A DNA stretch of 64,000 nucleotides from Flavobacteriales bacterium UBA1531 (GCA_002323795.1 DCPZ01000057.1:23845-87844), one strand, 5' to 3'. Positions 48,554 to 59,658 are shown, numbered from the stretch's first letter. The notes: generated by a model not told the origin, from the letters alone. Translations and numbers: made by a program.

Positions 48554-49309
48554 TTAAGTGCGCTCGCGGAGAACAAAGTTCTGCCCCAAGTAAACTCTTC
48601 TGACCTGTTCATCTGACGCCAGTTCCTCGGCGGTGCCGTGCTTCAAAATTCGGCCTTCGAAAAGCAGGTATGCTCGGTCAGTGATGTGAAGCGTTTCCTG
48701 CACATTATGGTCAGTGATAAGAATGCCTATGTTCTTGGCGCGGAGTTGCGCGACTATGCGCTGGATGTCTTCCACTGCGATCGGATCCACACCTGCAAAG
48801 GGCTCGTCCAAAAGAATAAACTGAGGGTTGGTTGCCAAAGCCCGAGCAATCTCGGTTCTTCTCCTTTCTCCACCGCTCAATACGTCTCCCATAGATTTCC
48901 GCACTTTCTGCAGTCCAAATTCACTCAACAAGCTCTCTAATTTCTCCTTTTGCTCTTGCTTGTTCAGTTGTTGGAGTTCCAAGATTGCTGCGATGTTGTC
49001 CTCTACAGTGAGCTTTCGAAAGACGGAAGGCTCTTGGGGCAAATAGCCGAGGCCCATGCGTCCTCTCTGGTACATGGGCCGGCCGGTGATTTCGACGTCA
49101 TCAATGAATACTTGGCCTTCATCGGCTTGAACGAGTCCGACTACGGTGTAGAAGCTTGTTGTTTTTCCAGCACCGTTTGGGCCGAGCAATCCAACGACTT
49201 CGCCTTCTTTGACTTCCAGAGAAACCCCGTCGACAACTTTACGTTGTCCATATTGCTTAACCAAGCCTCTGGCATGCAATCGTTTTGGAGCTTTCGGGGT
49301 GGCATTCAT
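48554..49309 (-). CDS. lptB: LPS export ABC transporter ATP-binding protein
   Basis: [35 protein letters not shown] and [12 protein letters not shown] took the start at MNATPKAPK. Confidence 0.9.
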   Translation of the reverse strand: MNATPKAPKRLHARGLVKQYGQRKVVDGVSLEVKEGEVVGLLGPNGAGKTTSFYTVVGLVQADEGQVFIDDVEITGRPMYQRGRMGLGYLPQEPSVFRKLTVEDNIAAILELQQLNKQEQKEKLESLLSEFGLQKVRKSMGDVLSGGERRRTEIARALATNPQFILLDEPFAGVDPIAVEDIQRIVAQLRAKNIGILITDHNVQETLHITDRAYLLFEGRILKHGTAEELASDEQVRRVYLGQNFVLRERT

Positions 49310-49334
49310 GATGTAAAAGTAGTGATGACAGCGG

Positions 49335-51800
49335 TCAAATTTCAGCGCTAAACCCGAAACGAATGCCCCAACTTTCTCTTTGATCAAACAGCCGATCCGT
49401 TCGCCACACGGCATCAACGCGAAAAATTCCTAAAATATTTTCGATTCCAAATGAGCACTCCGTGTAGGTTCCGTTCAAGCCAGATGTGTTATCAGGCAAT
49501 TCCAGTAAGGCTTCGTGTTTTTCGTCCCACGCGCCAATGATGCTACGAATACCTAGGACTTCCCGAAATTTTAATTTCCGAATCAAAGGCAGGTGATTCA
49601 GCACCAAACCTTCCGCATGCCATTCCAGTAGTCCAGTAGCCCAGCGATCGGTGACCCGTTCGTACAAGTTGATCATGCTGAATGCTTCATCACTGAGCAG
49701 GATCGTTCCGCTCGCAGGGACCACTTCCATCAATGCAAATGGAGCGCTTCCTCGGTAAAGTCCAGCTTGCGCATACCACTCAAGCCTTCCCCACCAACCC
49801 AACCGCATTTCATCTTCCCCTTCCATGGTCCATCGAGTGTAGCGGTATTGGGACCCTAATAAACCGGGAATTCCAAGGGTCATTTTTGCCGTTAGAACTG
49901 GCCACTCTGTTCCCAAGCTTACACGGTCAAATTCTCCACCGACGAACCGTTCTTTTTTAGCAAAACGCAATACGATACTAGCTTCGGAGGTCACCAGTTG
50001 TTCGACGGGTTCTGCGGTCAAAGGTTCCAAGAACTTCAGATCTCCTAGTGCTCCGATCTGCCGATGACGCCATTCAAAAAAACCAGAAAACCCAGGGCCA
50101 AATTCGTGAAGCACCGACACTTCTGCACGTTGTACTTCGGATAGTGAATTCACCGAGTCGGTTCGGAAGGCTGATGTGAATGCTTGTCCTTGGCTTAGGA
50201 GACCGAGCATGCCCAATTGTTCAAGGTCCCGTTTGATTTCAAACAAGAATTCTGTTCTCGGTGTTTTCTTTTGAATGTAGCGTGCTCTGAAACCAGCTTT
50301 CCATCGCAGGTCTTGCGTTCCATACGCTGCGAACACTTTGGGCTTGAAGCGCACACTCCAATCATTCGAAGTGCGCAGGTCCAATCGAAAACGATTGCCT
50401 TCAGTTGGATTTTGTGTGAAGGCCGACCACCAAGCACCCACTTCCAAAGGTCCTTTTGCGACGTAGCCCGTGCCGAGGCAGTAGCTCAGTCCTTGCACAA
50501 ATCGCCACTGCGGCATGGCCCTGATGGAATCGGTCATTGTATAAATATCTCTTTCGCGCTGGAGCAATGGGACAGGACGATGCGTCATCCATTGATCATT
50601 GGTCAGGGTGTCCGATTGGAATTGCAGATCTTTTCCGCCTCTCCATCCATTGGTCCACTTCTCGCTATGCCATTCCAAGTTGTTGTATTGAGTCGTTCTT
50701 CGGAGGTAAGCTCCAATGGTGCGATCTGTCAAACTAAAATCCATGAGGATATGCTCCTCTTTCATCATCCAAGCTTCCTCTTCCTGCTGATCTCGGTTCT
50801 TCACTTGTATAAACGATTGTCGCCAATGCATCGCTCGAACAAAGTTCACATTTGAGGCATTGCTTAACCGCGCTTCGATGGATTGCAGCCCCAAAGTCAA
50901 GGAGTCAATCCAGATCTCACCTTCGAACGTTGGTTCTCCTTTTCGACGGGGGATGAATGCAAGGTGAAATGTAGGACGATCATTTATGTCCAGTGTATCG
51001 AGGATGTAAAAGCGGTAATGCGCAAGCGCTCGGTCGTGCAGAGGGGAGGTAAATGTCCGATCCAAAAGCAGCATTTGGTTTTGGTATACATCGAGTTTTG
51101 GCAATGCGGCATCCAGCTCAGCAGCATTTTTGGAGTTGCTGAATTTGCTGCTCAGTTGGCTCGCAATGATGTTTTTCTGCTGACGTTTTGGATTGACTTG
51201 CCATTGCTCTTCGGCAAGTATTTCAGCCATTACAAACGGCAAGGCAACGCGAGATTCTGAGCTATCTAAGTAGTGAAAAACCCATTCGAATGGCCCCCAG
51301 TACCAGCGCGAAGCCTGTTTTTCGCTAATGTCATTGATGTCCAATTCCAGTTTACTGTATGAGCTATGTTTCGCCGCGGGGAGTGCACTTGGATCATTGT
51401 TCTTCTTGACATCGATCGCCCGTTGCATCAAGGGTTTGGCGGGATTTTTCTTTTTGGACTTGTCAGGACGAACTTCGGCAGCGAGGAGCTCAATCGAGCG
51501 AGGTTCCAAGGCCACATCAACCGATTGGGAATGGCCGCGTTTGATTTCGATGTTTTTGGTGCCGTAGCCGATGAAACTGATCGAAAGACGCCCAGGCCTG
51601 CCGGTTGTACTGAGTTTGAAGGCGCCTTTTTGATCCGTCATGGTCCCCGCACCTGCGGCTGTCAAAGCCACATTGACGAAGGGGATGGGCATCCCGGATT
51701 CACTGTCAAACACACGGCCTTGGACTGTTGTAGTCTGAGCGTGAACCATGAATGACCAGGGCAGCAGAATGACCAGGCAAAAAAGCGTTAAGGCTTTCAT
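49335..51800 (-). CDS. DUF5686-like protein with N-terminal carboxypeptidase-regulatory-like domain (probable outer-membrane protein)
   Basis: Signal peptide [22 protein letters not shown], CarboxypepD_reg-like [21 protein letters not shown], and an 821-aa length typical of the Bacteroidota family. The start overlaps the tatC stop by 1 nt (TGATG). Confidence 0.7.
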   Translation of the reverse strand: MKALTLFCLVILLPWSFMVHAQTTTVQGRVFDSESGMPIPFVNVALTAAGAGTMTDQKGAFKLSTTGRPGRLSISFIGYGTKNIEIKRGHSQSVDVALEPRSIELLAAEVRPDKSKKKNPAKPLMQRAIDVKKNNDPSALPAAKHSSYSKLELDINDISEKQASRWYWGPFEWVFHYLDSSESRVALPFVMAEILAEEQWQVNPKRQQKNIIASQLSSKFSNSKNAAELDAALPKLDVYQNQMLLLDRTFTSPLHDRALAHYRFYILDTLDINDRPTFHLAFIPRRKGEPTFEGEIWIDSLTLGLQSIEARLSNASNVNFVRAMHWRQSFIQVKNRDQQEEEAWMMKEEHILMDFSLTDRTIGAYLRRTTQYNNLEWHSEKWTNGWRGGKDLQFQSDTLTNDQWMTHRPVPLLQRERDIYTMTDSIRAMPQWRFVQGLSYCLGTGYVAKGPLEVGAWWSAFTQNPTEGNRFRLDLRTSNDWSVRFKPKVFAAYGTQDLRWKAGFRARYIQKKTPRTEFLFEIKRDLEQLGMLGLLSQGQAFTSAFRTDSVNSLSEVQRAEVSVLHEFGPGFSGFFEWRHRQIGALGDLKFLEPLTAEPVEQLVTSEASIVLRFAKKERFVGGEFDRVSLGTEWPVLTAKMTLGIPGLLGSQYRYTRWTMEGEDEMRLGWWGRLEWYAQAGLYRGSAPFALMEVVPASGTILLSDEAFSMINLYERVTDRWATGLLEWHAEGLVLNHLPLIRKLKFREVLGIRSIIGAWDEKHEALLELPDNTSGLNGTYTECSFGIENILGIFRVDAVWRTDRLFDQRESWGIRFGFSAEI

Positions 51801-52639
51801 CAGAGGTTCCTGGATTCTTTCATTTTTCGTTTCAATACCCTCCGTGAAATCGCAATGCTAATCTCATAGAGCACCAGCACAGGCATGGCAACCAATAGCT
51901 GACTGGTAACATCTGGCGGTGTAATGACTGCCGCAACTACAAGGATTCCGACCAAGGCGTGCTTGCGATAGGACTTGAGAATGTCTGGGGTAATGAGCCC
52001 TGCGCGACTTAAAAAGTAGACCACAACGGGCAACTGAAAGATCAATCCAGCCGCCATGGTGATGGATGCAATCGTCTTCATGTATGACATCACCGAAATC
52101 CGCGCTTGAACGTCTCCTAATTCATAGTTGCCCAAAAACTGCAGCGATAGCGGAGCGATGACAAGGTATCCAAAGGCGACACCTATGAAAAATAGCAATG
52201 ATGAGCTCAGGCTTATTCCTCGGGCCGCTTGTCTCTCCCGATCTTTTAATGCCGGCCTTAGGAAGAGCCAGCCTTGCCAAAAAACCAGCGGAAAGGAAAG
52301 GATGAATCCACCGATCGCTGAAACTAAAATGTGCGTTGTGAAGTTGCCAAGCATGGTGGTGTTGATCAACTCGTAATTGATTTTTTGTACGCACAAAGCA
52401 TCTCCAGCGCCTAGTTGGTTCGACAGCCAGCACCAGCCTCTGAAACTGATAAAGTCAGGATTTCTAGGGCCAAAGAGCACTGTCTCGAAAAGCCATTCTT
52501 TGGAAACAAACAAACCGATGCCGCCAATCAAGATGAAGGCCGCAGACCAGAATAGCCTTTTTCTAAGTTCCTCGAGGTGGTCGAGAAATCCCATTTCTAC
52601 ATCCTGTAGTTTTTGATCTTCCGGTTGGTCCAGAGCCAT
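51800..52639 (-). CDS. tatC: twin-arginine translocase subunit TatC
   Basis: Six-TM protein beginning with FLDHLEELRKRLFWS. Confidence 0.9.
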   Translation of the reverse strand: MALDQPEDQKLQDVEMGFLDHLEELRKRLFWSAAFILIGGIGLFVSKEWLFETVLFGPRNPDFISFRGWCWLSNQLGAGDALCVQKINYELINTTMLGNFTTHILVSAIGGFILSFPLVFWQGWLFLRPALKDRERQAARGISLSSSLLFFIGVAFGYLVIAPLSLQFLGNYELGDVQARISVMSYMKTIASITMAAGLIFQLPVVVYFLSRAGLITPDILKSYRKHALVGILVVAAVITPPDVTSQLLVAMPVLVLYEISIAISRRVLKRKMKESRNL

Positions 52640-52656
52640 GATGCAAAATTAGGTGG

Positions 52657-53631
52657 TTAGAAGATGCCTTCCCGGAGGATGTCATGCAAATGAACAATGC
52701 CCGCATATTCATCTCCATCGAGCACTACGATTTGCGAGATGGAATGTTTCTCCATCTGTTGGAAGGCAAGAACAGCAAGGGCATCCTTGGACATGGTTTT
52801 GGGTGCCTTATTCATCAATTGGCTTGCCTTAGCATCTGTCCCAAGGCCATTTTCCATGGCCCTGCGTAAGTCGCCATCGGTGATGATACCTGTGATTTTG
52901 TGATCTCTCATTACTGCCGTCGCGCCGCACCGTCCAGAACTCATTTCTAAAACCACCAATTTGAGGCTGGCGTCGTGCGCGACAGAAGGGTTTTGATCGT
53001 TGCGCATTACATCACGTAATCTCGTGTAAAGACGCTTGCCGAGGGCTCCACCTGGATGCATTTGGGCAAAGTCGTTGGCTTCAAAACCTCGGGCCTCCAT
53101 GAGGCATGTGGCGAGCGCATCGCCCATAGCCATTTGGGCTGAGGTACTCGATGTGGGGGCGAGATCTAGTGGACATGCTTCCTTCGAGACCGTGGTGTCG
53201 AGCATGTGATTGCTGTGTTGCGCCAAATAAGATCCCTCATTTCCAACCATCCCAATCAAAAGGATTTCGCGGCTTTTGAGGAGAGGAATGAGCGCTTTGA
53301 TTTCGGGGGAATTCCCGCTCTTCGAGATGCAGATTACGATGTCATCCCGTTGCACCAGTCCAAGATCACCATGGATTGCATCGGCAGCATGCATAAAGAT
53401 GGCAGGGGTGCCGGTAGAATTGAATGTGGCGACCAATTTCTGTGCGATTATGGCGCTTTTCCCAATGCCGGTGATGACTACCCGCCCCTTCATCTCTAGA
53501 AGCAATTGCCCTACTGTCGAGAATTCATTCCCCAACTTGGGGATGAGATCTCGGATGGCATCGCTCTCAAGTGTCAAGGTTTCAGTGGCTCGTCTGATCC
53601 AATCCATCATTTTCAATTTACAATGGCTCAT
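52657..53631 (-). CDS. kdsD: KpsF/GutQ family arabinose-5-phosphate isomerase
   Basis: SIS domain (VVITGIGKSAIIAQK) plus a C-terminal CBS pair. Confidence 0.85.
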   Translation of the reverse strand: MSHCKLKMMDWIRRATETLTLESDAIRDLIPKLGNEFSTVGQLLLEMKGRVVITGIGKSAIIAQKLVATFNSTGTPAIFMHAADAIHGDLGLVQRDDIVICISKSGNSPEIKALIPLLKSREILLIGMVGNEGSYLAQHSNHMLDTTVSKEACPLDLAPTSSTSAQMAMGDALATCLMEARGFEANDFAQMHPGGALGKRLYTRLRDVMRNDQNPSVAHDASLKLVVLEMSSGRCGATAVMRDHKITGIITDGDLRRAMENGLGTDAKASQLMNKAPKTMSKDALAVLAFQQMEKHSISQIVVLDGDEYAGIVHLHDILREGIF

Positions 53632-53738
53632 TCGAAAATCCTCGGTATCAAAACGTCGGAATTACACGAAAATGGCATATCTTTAGTTAGCGCAAAGCTA
53701 AAGCTTTCGCCCGGCTCATGCCGGCACCAAATGTCTGA

Positions 53739-55940
53739 TTGATGAGTACGACCGAAATGTCACCGCAAGTGGCGCTCAAGCAATTCTTTGGATTCAGTGA
53801 ATTCAAAGGAGAACAAGAGCAAGTTATTGACTGCGTTTTGCGCGGTCAAGACTCTTTTGTCATAATGCCCACAGGCGGCGGAAAATCCATGTGCTATCAA
53901 TTGCCGGCTTTGATGATGGAGGGAACTGCAATAGTGGTTTCTCCGCTCATTGCGTTGATGAAGAATCAGGTGGATGCCATCAGGGGACATCATGAAACGG
54001 ATTCGATTGCACATTATTTAAACTCAAGCCTATCGAAGGCGGATGCGCTTCGTGTTCGCGATGATGTGGCTACGGGTTTGACCAAGTTGTTATACGTTGC
54101 TCCTGAGAGCTTAACGAAGGAGGATAACATCAACTTCTTGCGAAGTATTCGGATTAGTTTTGTTGCTGTAGATGAAGCGCACTGCATTTCGGAATGGGGG
54201 CATGATTTTCGCCCCGAATACAGACGAATTCGTTCCATCGTGAATCAAATCGCAGATGTGCCCATCATTGCATTGACGGCTACGGCGACTCCTAAAGTTC
54301 AGGCTGATATCCAGAAGAATCTGGAAATGAAGAACGCACAACTCTTTAAGGCTTCTTTCAATCGCGACAATTTATTTTATGAGGTTCGTGCCAAAAAAGA
54401 TGCCTTAAAGCAAATCGTTCGTCATGCCAAGAGGAATGTTGGTAAAAGCGGAATTATTTATTGCTTGAGTCGCAAGAAGGTTGAAGAAATTTCTGAGGTT
54501 TTGCGTGTCAACGGAATCAAGGCACTAGGATATCATGCAGGCATGGATGCGGGCACACGAAGCCGGATGCAAGATCAATTCCTGATGCAAGATGTCGACG
54601 TGATTGTGGCGACGATTGCATTCGGGATGGGCATCGATAAGCCCGATGTGCGTTATGTGATTCACTATGATATACCAAAGTCTTTAGAGAGCTACTACCA
54701 AGAAACGGGTCGTGCTGGTCGGGATGGTGGCGAAGGATATTGCATCGCCTTTTACAGTCATCGGGACATTGAGAAACTCGAGAAGTTTCTTCAGGGGAAA
54801 CCACTTGCGGAGCAAGAAATTGGCCAACAATTGCTTCAGGAAGTCATGGCTTATGCTGAAACATCGATGAGTCGCAGAAAATTCTTGCTGCACTATTTCG
54901 GCGAGGAATTTGACGAGCACAATGGTCCTGGAGCCATGAACTGCGATAACATGTCGAATCCCCCAGTATTGCGGGATGGCCAAGAGGAAGTCCACTTGAT
55001 TTTAAGTGTCATTCTTGAGCACGAACAAAAATTCAGATCTCCTTTCATTACAGGTGTCTTGTGCGGAGAAGAAAACAGAGAAATTCAGGATTACAAGGGG
55101 GTTTCTAGTCCCTTTTGGTGCCGTGGAAAAGATTTTGACGAACGTCATTGGAACGGCATCATTCGTCAAATGTTGGTGCTCGGATTGATTCGGAAAGAAA
55201 TTGAGACTTATGGAGTTTTGAAGATCACAGATCGCGGGATGAAATTCTTGACAGATCCGTCACCCGTGATGGTTGCTCAAGAACGCGATTATTCCGATGT
55301 AGACGCCATTGACTCCATGAGTCAGACGCGTTCGAGTCAAGGGGGCGCGATGGACGAAAAGCTCAGAGATATGCTCAAGTCCTTGCGAAAAGAAGTAGCA
55401 GATGAGGAGACACTTCCGCCTTACGTCATTTTCCAGGATGTTAGCCTTGATGAAATGGCCATTCATTACCCCTTGACGGAAGATGAATTGCTGCGAATCT
55501 CAGGTGTTGGATCAGGCAAGGCTCGGAAATACGGAAAGCCGTTCTTGAGTCTAATTGGGGAATACGTGAGAGAAGAGGGCATCGAGCGTGCAGAAGATTT
55601 ATTGGTGCGAACGACAAACAATAAGTCTTCGTCCAAGGTGCACATCATTCAGCGCATCGATCGTCAAATCGAACTTCCAGACATTGCCAGGGACTTGAAT
55701 ATCAGTGCCGATGAAGTGATGAAGGAAATTGAGAACATTGTTTCTGCGGGGACGAAAGTTAATTTGGACTACATCATCGATAGAACACTGGATGAGGAAA
55801 GTTTGGAAGAACTGTTCGACTTCTTAAAGGAGTCAGAAGACGCAAGCGTTACGGCATTGATTGAAGAGTGGAGCGACGTCTACAGTGAGGAAGAACTCAA
55901 GCTCGCGCGCATCAAGTTTTTAAGCGAATACGCCAATTGA
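53739..55940 (+). CDS. recQ: ATP-dependent DNA helicase RecQ
   Basis: PTGGGKS, VAVDEAHCISEWGHDFRPEY, a RecQ-Ct region and a C-terminal HRDC-like region, 733 aa. Confidence 0.95.
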   Translation: MMSTTEMSPQVALKQFFGFSEFKGEQEQVIDCVLRGQDSFVIMPTGGGKSMCYQLPALMMEGTAIVVSPLIALMKNQVDAIRGHHETDSIAHYLNSSLSKADALRVRDDVATGLTKLLYVAPESLTKEDNINFLRSIRISFVAVDEAHCISEWGHDFRPEYRRIRSIVNQIADVPIIALTATATPKVQADIQKNLEMKNAQLFKASFNRDNLFYEVRAKKDALKQIVRHAKRNVGKSGIIYCLSRKKVEEISEVLRVNGIKALGYHAGMDAGTRSRMQDQFLMQDVDVIVATIAFGMGIDKPDVRYVIHYDIPKSLESYYQETGRAGRDGGEGYCIAFYSHRDIEKLEKFLQGKPLAEQEIGQQLLQEVMAYAETSMSRRKFLLHYFGEEFDEHNGPGAMNCDNMSNPPVLRDGQEEVHLILSVILEHEQKFRSPFITGVLCGEENREIQDYKGVSSPFWCRGKDFDERHWNGIIRQMLVLGLIRKEIETYGVLKITDRGMKFLTDPSPVMVAQERDYSDVDAIDSMSQTRSSQGGAMDEKLRDMLKSLRKEVADEETLPPYVIFQDVSLDEMAIHYPLTEDELLRISGVGSGKARKYGKPFLSLIGEYVREEGIERAEDLLVRTTNNKSSSKVHIIQRIDRQIELPDIARDLNISADEVMKEIENIVSAGTKVNLDYIIDRTLDEESLEELFDFLKESEDASVTALIEEWSDVYSEEELKLARIKFLSEYAN

Positions 55941-56007
55941 TTTGCTGCTTTAGTGATTTGGCCAAACCTGAATTTTTCGTTCTGAGGCCTCTTTCAATTG
56001 TATTGGA

Positions 56008-56394
56008 CTAGCCTTTCAATTCCAACCACGATTTCCATCCGAGTCTGATAGCGGCATACAGCATGCAGACCGCGAAAATCGCGCGCACAACCGCTGGATT
56101 CAGTTTGAGCGACCACTTGCTACCGAGCCATGCACCGAGGATGAACGTAACGGCAATGGCAGCGGCAAATTGCAGATTTACCGCGCCTGCTTTGTAATAG
56201 CTTACGACGGCAAGGATTCCAATGGGTGGAATCATCATGGCTAAGCTGGTTCCTTGTGCCATGTGTTGAGACATGCCAAGTCCAAAAACAAGGGCGGGCA
56301 CAATGATCATTCCTCCACCGATGCCTACAAAACCACTCGCGATTCCCGCGAAAAGGCCGATGGCCATCAAGATGAGCAGTGTATTGATATCCAT
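56008..56394 (-). CDS. half-size TauE/SafE (DUF81) family membrane protein
   Basis: 128 aa, four predicted TM segments, with GFVGIGGGMIIVPALVF and Gly-rich helices. Confidence 0.65.
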   Translation of the reverse strand: MDINTLLILMAIGLFAGIASGFVGIGGGMIIVPALVFGLGMSQHMAQGTSLAMMIPPIGILAVVSYYKAGAVNLQFAAAIAVTFILGAWLGSKWSLKLNPAVVRAIFAVCMLYAAIRLGWKSWLELKG

Positions 56395-56397
56395 GAG

Positions 56398-59300
56398 TTA
56401 GAAGTCGAGTTGAAGAGATAGATTGAAGATGCGATCTTGCCAACGCCCATCATCTACGCCCCAGCACCAGTCGGCCCGAACCCAATAACCAAGCAGTTTG
56501 GATCGAAGTCCAAATCCTGTTCCCCAGATGATGGGCTCTCGGTTGTTGTCGACCTTGACTGTGATCGGATTTTGGACGACCACCACTTGGTTAAACGAAT
56601 TGGCTTCGTCGTAGGGGTGGCTTCCGTTCCAAGCGGAGCCGACGTCTGCAAATCCTACGCATTGCAGGTCTCGAAAGAATTCGGACTCAATGAAACGTTT
56701 GCTTAAAGAACTCCACACAGGTAGCCTGATCTCAGTATTGAAAAGGGCCATATTTGATCCATTGCGGGCGTTATTTTTGAATCCTCGTATTGGTGTGATT
56801 CTGGTTTGATACGCATAAGCGATATTCGGATCGATTGGAGTATTTGAATTGCCAGCGAGCGAAATGGCATTGTCTACGCCGCCAATCATGGTGAGCAACC
56901 TTTGCTGGCCGATTGACCAATTGGCGGCACTCCGGAAGGCAAATGTGATGTTTCGCCAGAGTGGTTTGTACCATCGAAAATCCCATCCCAAGGTTCCAAA
57001 CGTTGACTCGGTATTTTCTGGATTCACGAGGTATTCTCCCCAAATGCGATAGCGTAGCCCTTCCCGAATGTTCATCATTCGCTTGCGAGTATTGTCAAAC
57101 ACATAAGCCAGTTGTACTCCTGTTTGGTGCGTAAATGTTGTCGGTAAACCTAGGTTGTATGCATCCGTTGATAAGGGCGTATTGCGATCCATTCGAACCA
57201 TTGCTTGCAATCGAATACTGCGCACTTCGTCGAGTGGATAGCTCAATTGATGCCGAAGCAAGTGAATGTGCGTATTTACCGGTGATTGACTGGTATTGAT
57301 GTTCTGGGTGACTCCTTGCCGCTCGATTATCCAGGTGCGGTCCAATCGTTTGCTTAAGTCGGCGTAAGACAGCATATAACGGCTGTTGCTCAGAGACCCG
57401 GACAGCCGAAAGCCAACGGTAAAGCGTCGGTCTTCGAATAAGTCGCTCATGGAGATTCTTGAGAGTCCACCTAAGCCAGGCTGCACGGCGATGTTCCCTG
57501 AATACGATTGATAAAAGTTGGTGCCGAATGAGTTGTCCAGCTGACCAATGACCGATTGAATGGCATAGTTGCGTCGGTAATTGATAGGCTTCGGCAAAGT
57601 GTAAGGATTCCAGGCAGTTTGAAGCTCGGCGTCCTGCCCGGCCTTCTTCTGCTCATCTGTAAATTCATCCGATCGAACTCCTTCTTTTCCTGTTGTCGCG
57701 TCTTGGTCAGTCCAAGCGCCAAATTGGTAGTTTCGAATGTCAGCTTCTCCCTGTTTTGGCTTCCATCCCCAATCCAATTCCAAAGCATCATCTATTTCAC
57801 TGGGATTCGTTGGCGATATCAAACTTTCCCATTGACTTTGGTCTTCTGCAACCTCATGCCAAAAGAGGTGGCCGCTAATCTGATGTTGGAAGCCGAAGAC
57901 CCCACGTTTTTCGATGAACTGATAGGAATGAACAGGCGCTGAAAGAGATTGAGCTAAGCGTTTCTCGGTGAACCAGCGATAATGTATGGTTGTGTCAATG
58001 AACGCAATGGCGCTGTCTCTCCAGGAGACCCAGCGTTCTTGTTTTCCATCGGGCTGCTCCGCTAAATAAGTCAACTGTTCTTTTCCATGCAATTGCGGCG
58101 ATCTTTCATCAGCCAATGGAGTCTGAACCCATGCCTCAAGTTGTGGTGTTTTGTTTTGCCAATTCAACCGAAACAAATCATGTTGTTTGGCCAATGGCTC
58201 GCCCAAAACAAATTCAACTTCTAGGTCGGCAGTTGGTCGATTTGATGCGAACCAGATGTGTTTTCCATCGGCTGAATAAACGGGATCCATATCATTGTAT
58301 GGATCATTCCAAAGGGCCATTTGGTTGTTTCCAAGTACTTGATACAGATACAAATCTGATTGTCCATTTCTGAGACCACTCCAAATCATTGTATTTCCGT
58401 CTGGAGCATAAGACATGCTCAGAATTTTGTCGATTTGGAAAATCTCCTTAGTGCTGGATTCCAAGGTTTCGATGTTGACGGTGACCAGTTTATTTTGATC
58501 TCCATCTTCAATGGTGTAGGTCAAAAGTTGGCCATTTGGATGCCAGGCAAATGCAGGTGACCAATGACTCTGTATGCGATCAATCTTGTGACCGTGTTTG
58601 CCCAATCGGATAGCTTTCGCACCGTTCAGATCTCCGAGCCAGACCTTGATTTGTCCGCGTTCCTCTGTGGCCCATGCAAACCGATTGCCATCGGGGTGAA
58701 ACCAAACAGATTTCACAGTTGCATCGCTGTTGATGCGAATCGGAAGAGCCCCGGGGTTTTTGCTCGCCTGTCTGCGTTCTCGACGACTGCTCAAACTCGG
58801 AAAGGGGATTTCTGAGCCATTCCATTCCAGATGATAGCGATTGGCTTCTTCGAGCACAGTGGCCAAGTCCATTCCGGTGGCGTATTGAAATCCTTTTTCT
58901 ACACTTCGGGATACGCGGGTCATGTATAGCGTGTTTGACACAACCATAGGGCCAAAGATGTCTGCAATGTATTTCCAGACTGCGTGTCCAATCCAGCCTG
59001 CTTCATCGGGTTCTGCCTGATGCGCAAGAGTGATGGTTCTGTTGCGTGCAGCATCCCCAATGTGTAAAGCGACCTCTGCATTCCATGGCTGAGCAACGTA
59101 TGATGCGAGCCCTTCGGAAAACCACATTGGAAAAGTGTTGGATGTCGAGTTGCGCAAGGCCTCTTGCCAGTTGCCACCGAACATGATTTGGTTGAAGAGC
59201 AACTGGGCGAGTCCTGACTTAACCTGAATTTCAACATCAGTCCATGTTTGCTGCCCAAATGCGAAAAGCTTACTGCCAACGAGCATAGCAGTTCCCCCAA

Positions 59301-59658
59301 TGTTGTTTTCTTCATCGGAGGCCACACCGATATTCGATTGTCGGAATTCAGAGTGTTTATTGAAGACCAACAGCTGAACGCCACCGTCAATGCGACGATC
59401 GAATGTCTTTTCGACCTCTTCCATCCATTGCGGAAGTGCTTCTGTGACCCGTGATGCGAGTTCTTTTCCACCCTGATAATAATAGACTTCCGCTCTTGGT
59501 GATGGGTAGTATTGCCAAGTAAACGTGCGGTACTGCACTCTGTTTTTCCCGAATGTCACATTGGAACCATCATAAAACTGCGTCTGTCCCGATGGGAGGA
59601 ACAGCACGAGCATAAATCCAAGGATTGTAAATCGTATGAAATAGCTTTGCAAAGGCAT
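56398..59658 (-). CDS. large outer-membrane protein: N-terminal domain + PD40/TolB-like repeats + C-terminal Omp85/surface-antigen-like barrel
   Basis: I took the start at MPLQSYFIRFTILGFMLVLFLPSGQ (signal peptide). PD40-like repeats (WFHPDGNRFAW, YAPDGNTMIW, YSADGKHIWFASNR). The C-terminus IGGVDNAI...IRGF...NTEIRLPV...GFADVGSAW...GFGLRS...LSLQLDF is BamA-barrel-like. Confidence 0.7.
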   Translation of the reverse strand: MPLQSYFIRFTILGFMLVLFLPSGQTQFYDGSNVTFGKNRVQYRTFTWQYYPSPRAEVYYYQGGKELASRVTEALPQWMEEVEKTFDRRIDGGVQLLVFNKHSEFRQSNIGVASDEENNIGGTAMLVGSKLFAFGQQTWTDVEIQVKSGLAQLLFNQIMFGGNWQEALRNSTSNTFPMWFSEGLASYVAQPWNAEVALHIGDAARNRTITLAHQAEPDEAGWIGHAVWKYIADIFGPMVVSNTLYMTRVSRSVEKGFQYATGMDLATVLEEANRYHLEWNGSEIPFPSLSSRRERRQASKNPGALPIRINSDATVKSVWFHPDGNRFAWATEERGQIKVWLGDLNGAKAIRLGKHGHKIDRIQSHWSPAFAWHPNGQLLTYTIEDGDQNKLVTVNIETLESSTKEIFQIDKILSMSYAPDGNTMIWSGLRNGQSDLYLYQVLGNNQMALWNDPYNDMDPVYSADGKHIWFASNRPTADLEVEFVLGEPLAKQHDLFRLNWQNKTPQLEAWVQTPLADERSPQLHGKEQLTYLAEQPDGKQERWVSWRDSAIAFIDTTIHYRWFTEKRLAQSLSAPVHSYQFIEKRGVFGFQHQISGHLFWHEVAEDQSQWESLISPTNPSEIDDALELDWGWKPKQGEADIRNYQFGAWTDQDATTGKEGVRSDEFTDEQKKAGQDAELQTAWNPYTLPKPINYRRNYAIQSVIGQLDNSFGTNFYQSYSGNIAVQPGLGGLSRISMSDLFEDRRFTVGFRLSGSLSNSRYMLSYADLSKRLDRTWIIERQGVTQNINTSQSPVNTHIHLLRHQLSYPLDEVRSIRLQAMVRMDRNTPLSTDAYNLGLPTTFTHQTGVQLAYVFDNTRKRMMNIREGLRYRIWGEYLVNPENTESTFGTLGWDFRWYKPLWRNITFAFRSAANWSIGQQRLLTMIGGVDNAISLAGNSNTPIDPNIAYAYQTRITPIRGFKNNARNGSNMALFNTEIRLPVWSSLSKRFIESEFFRDLQCVGFADVGSAWNGSHPYDEANSFNQVVVVQNPITVKVDNNREPIIWGTGFGLRSKLLGYWVRADWCWGVDDGRWQDRIFNLSLQLDF

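Noticed and set aside
48548-48564. 6-bp hairpin (agcgca/tgcgct) between the convergent ribE and lptB genes as a terminator
   Set aside because: The stem is short, no U-run follows on either strand, and it overlaps the lptB stop. This is not enough evidence to call a terminator.
50217-50855. 212-aa ORF antisense to the DUF5686 gene
   Set aside because: It is embedded in a long, coherent minus-strand CDS. It has no signal, motif or plausible start context.
58920-59471. 183-aa same-strand alternative-frame ORF inside the 1087-aa OM protein gene
   Set aside because: It is nested out of frame in a continuous 3.2-kb ORF. There is no evidence for overlapping coding or frameshifting.
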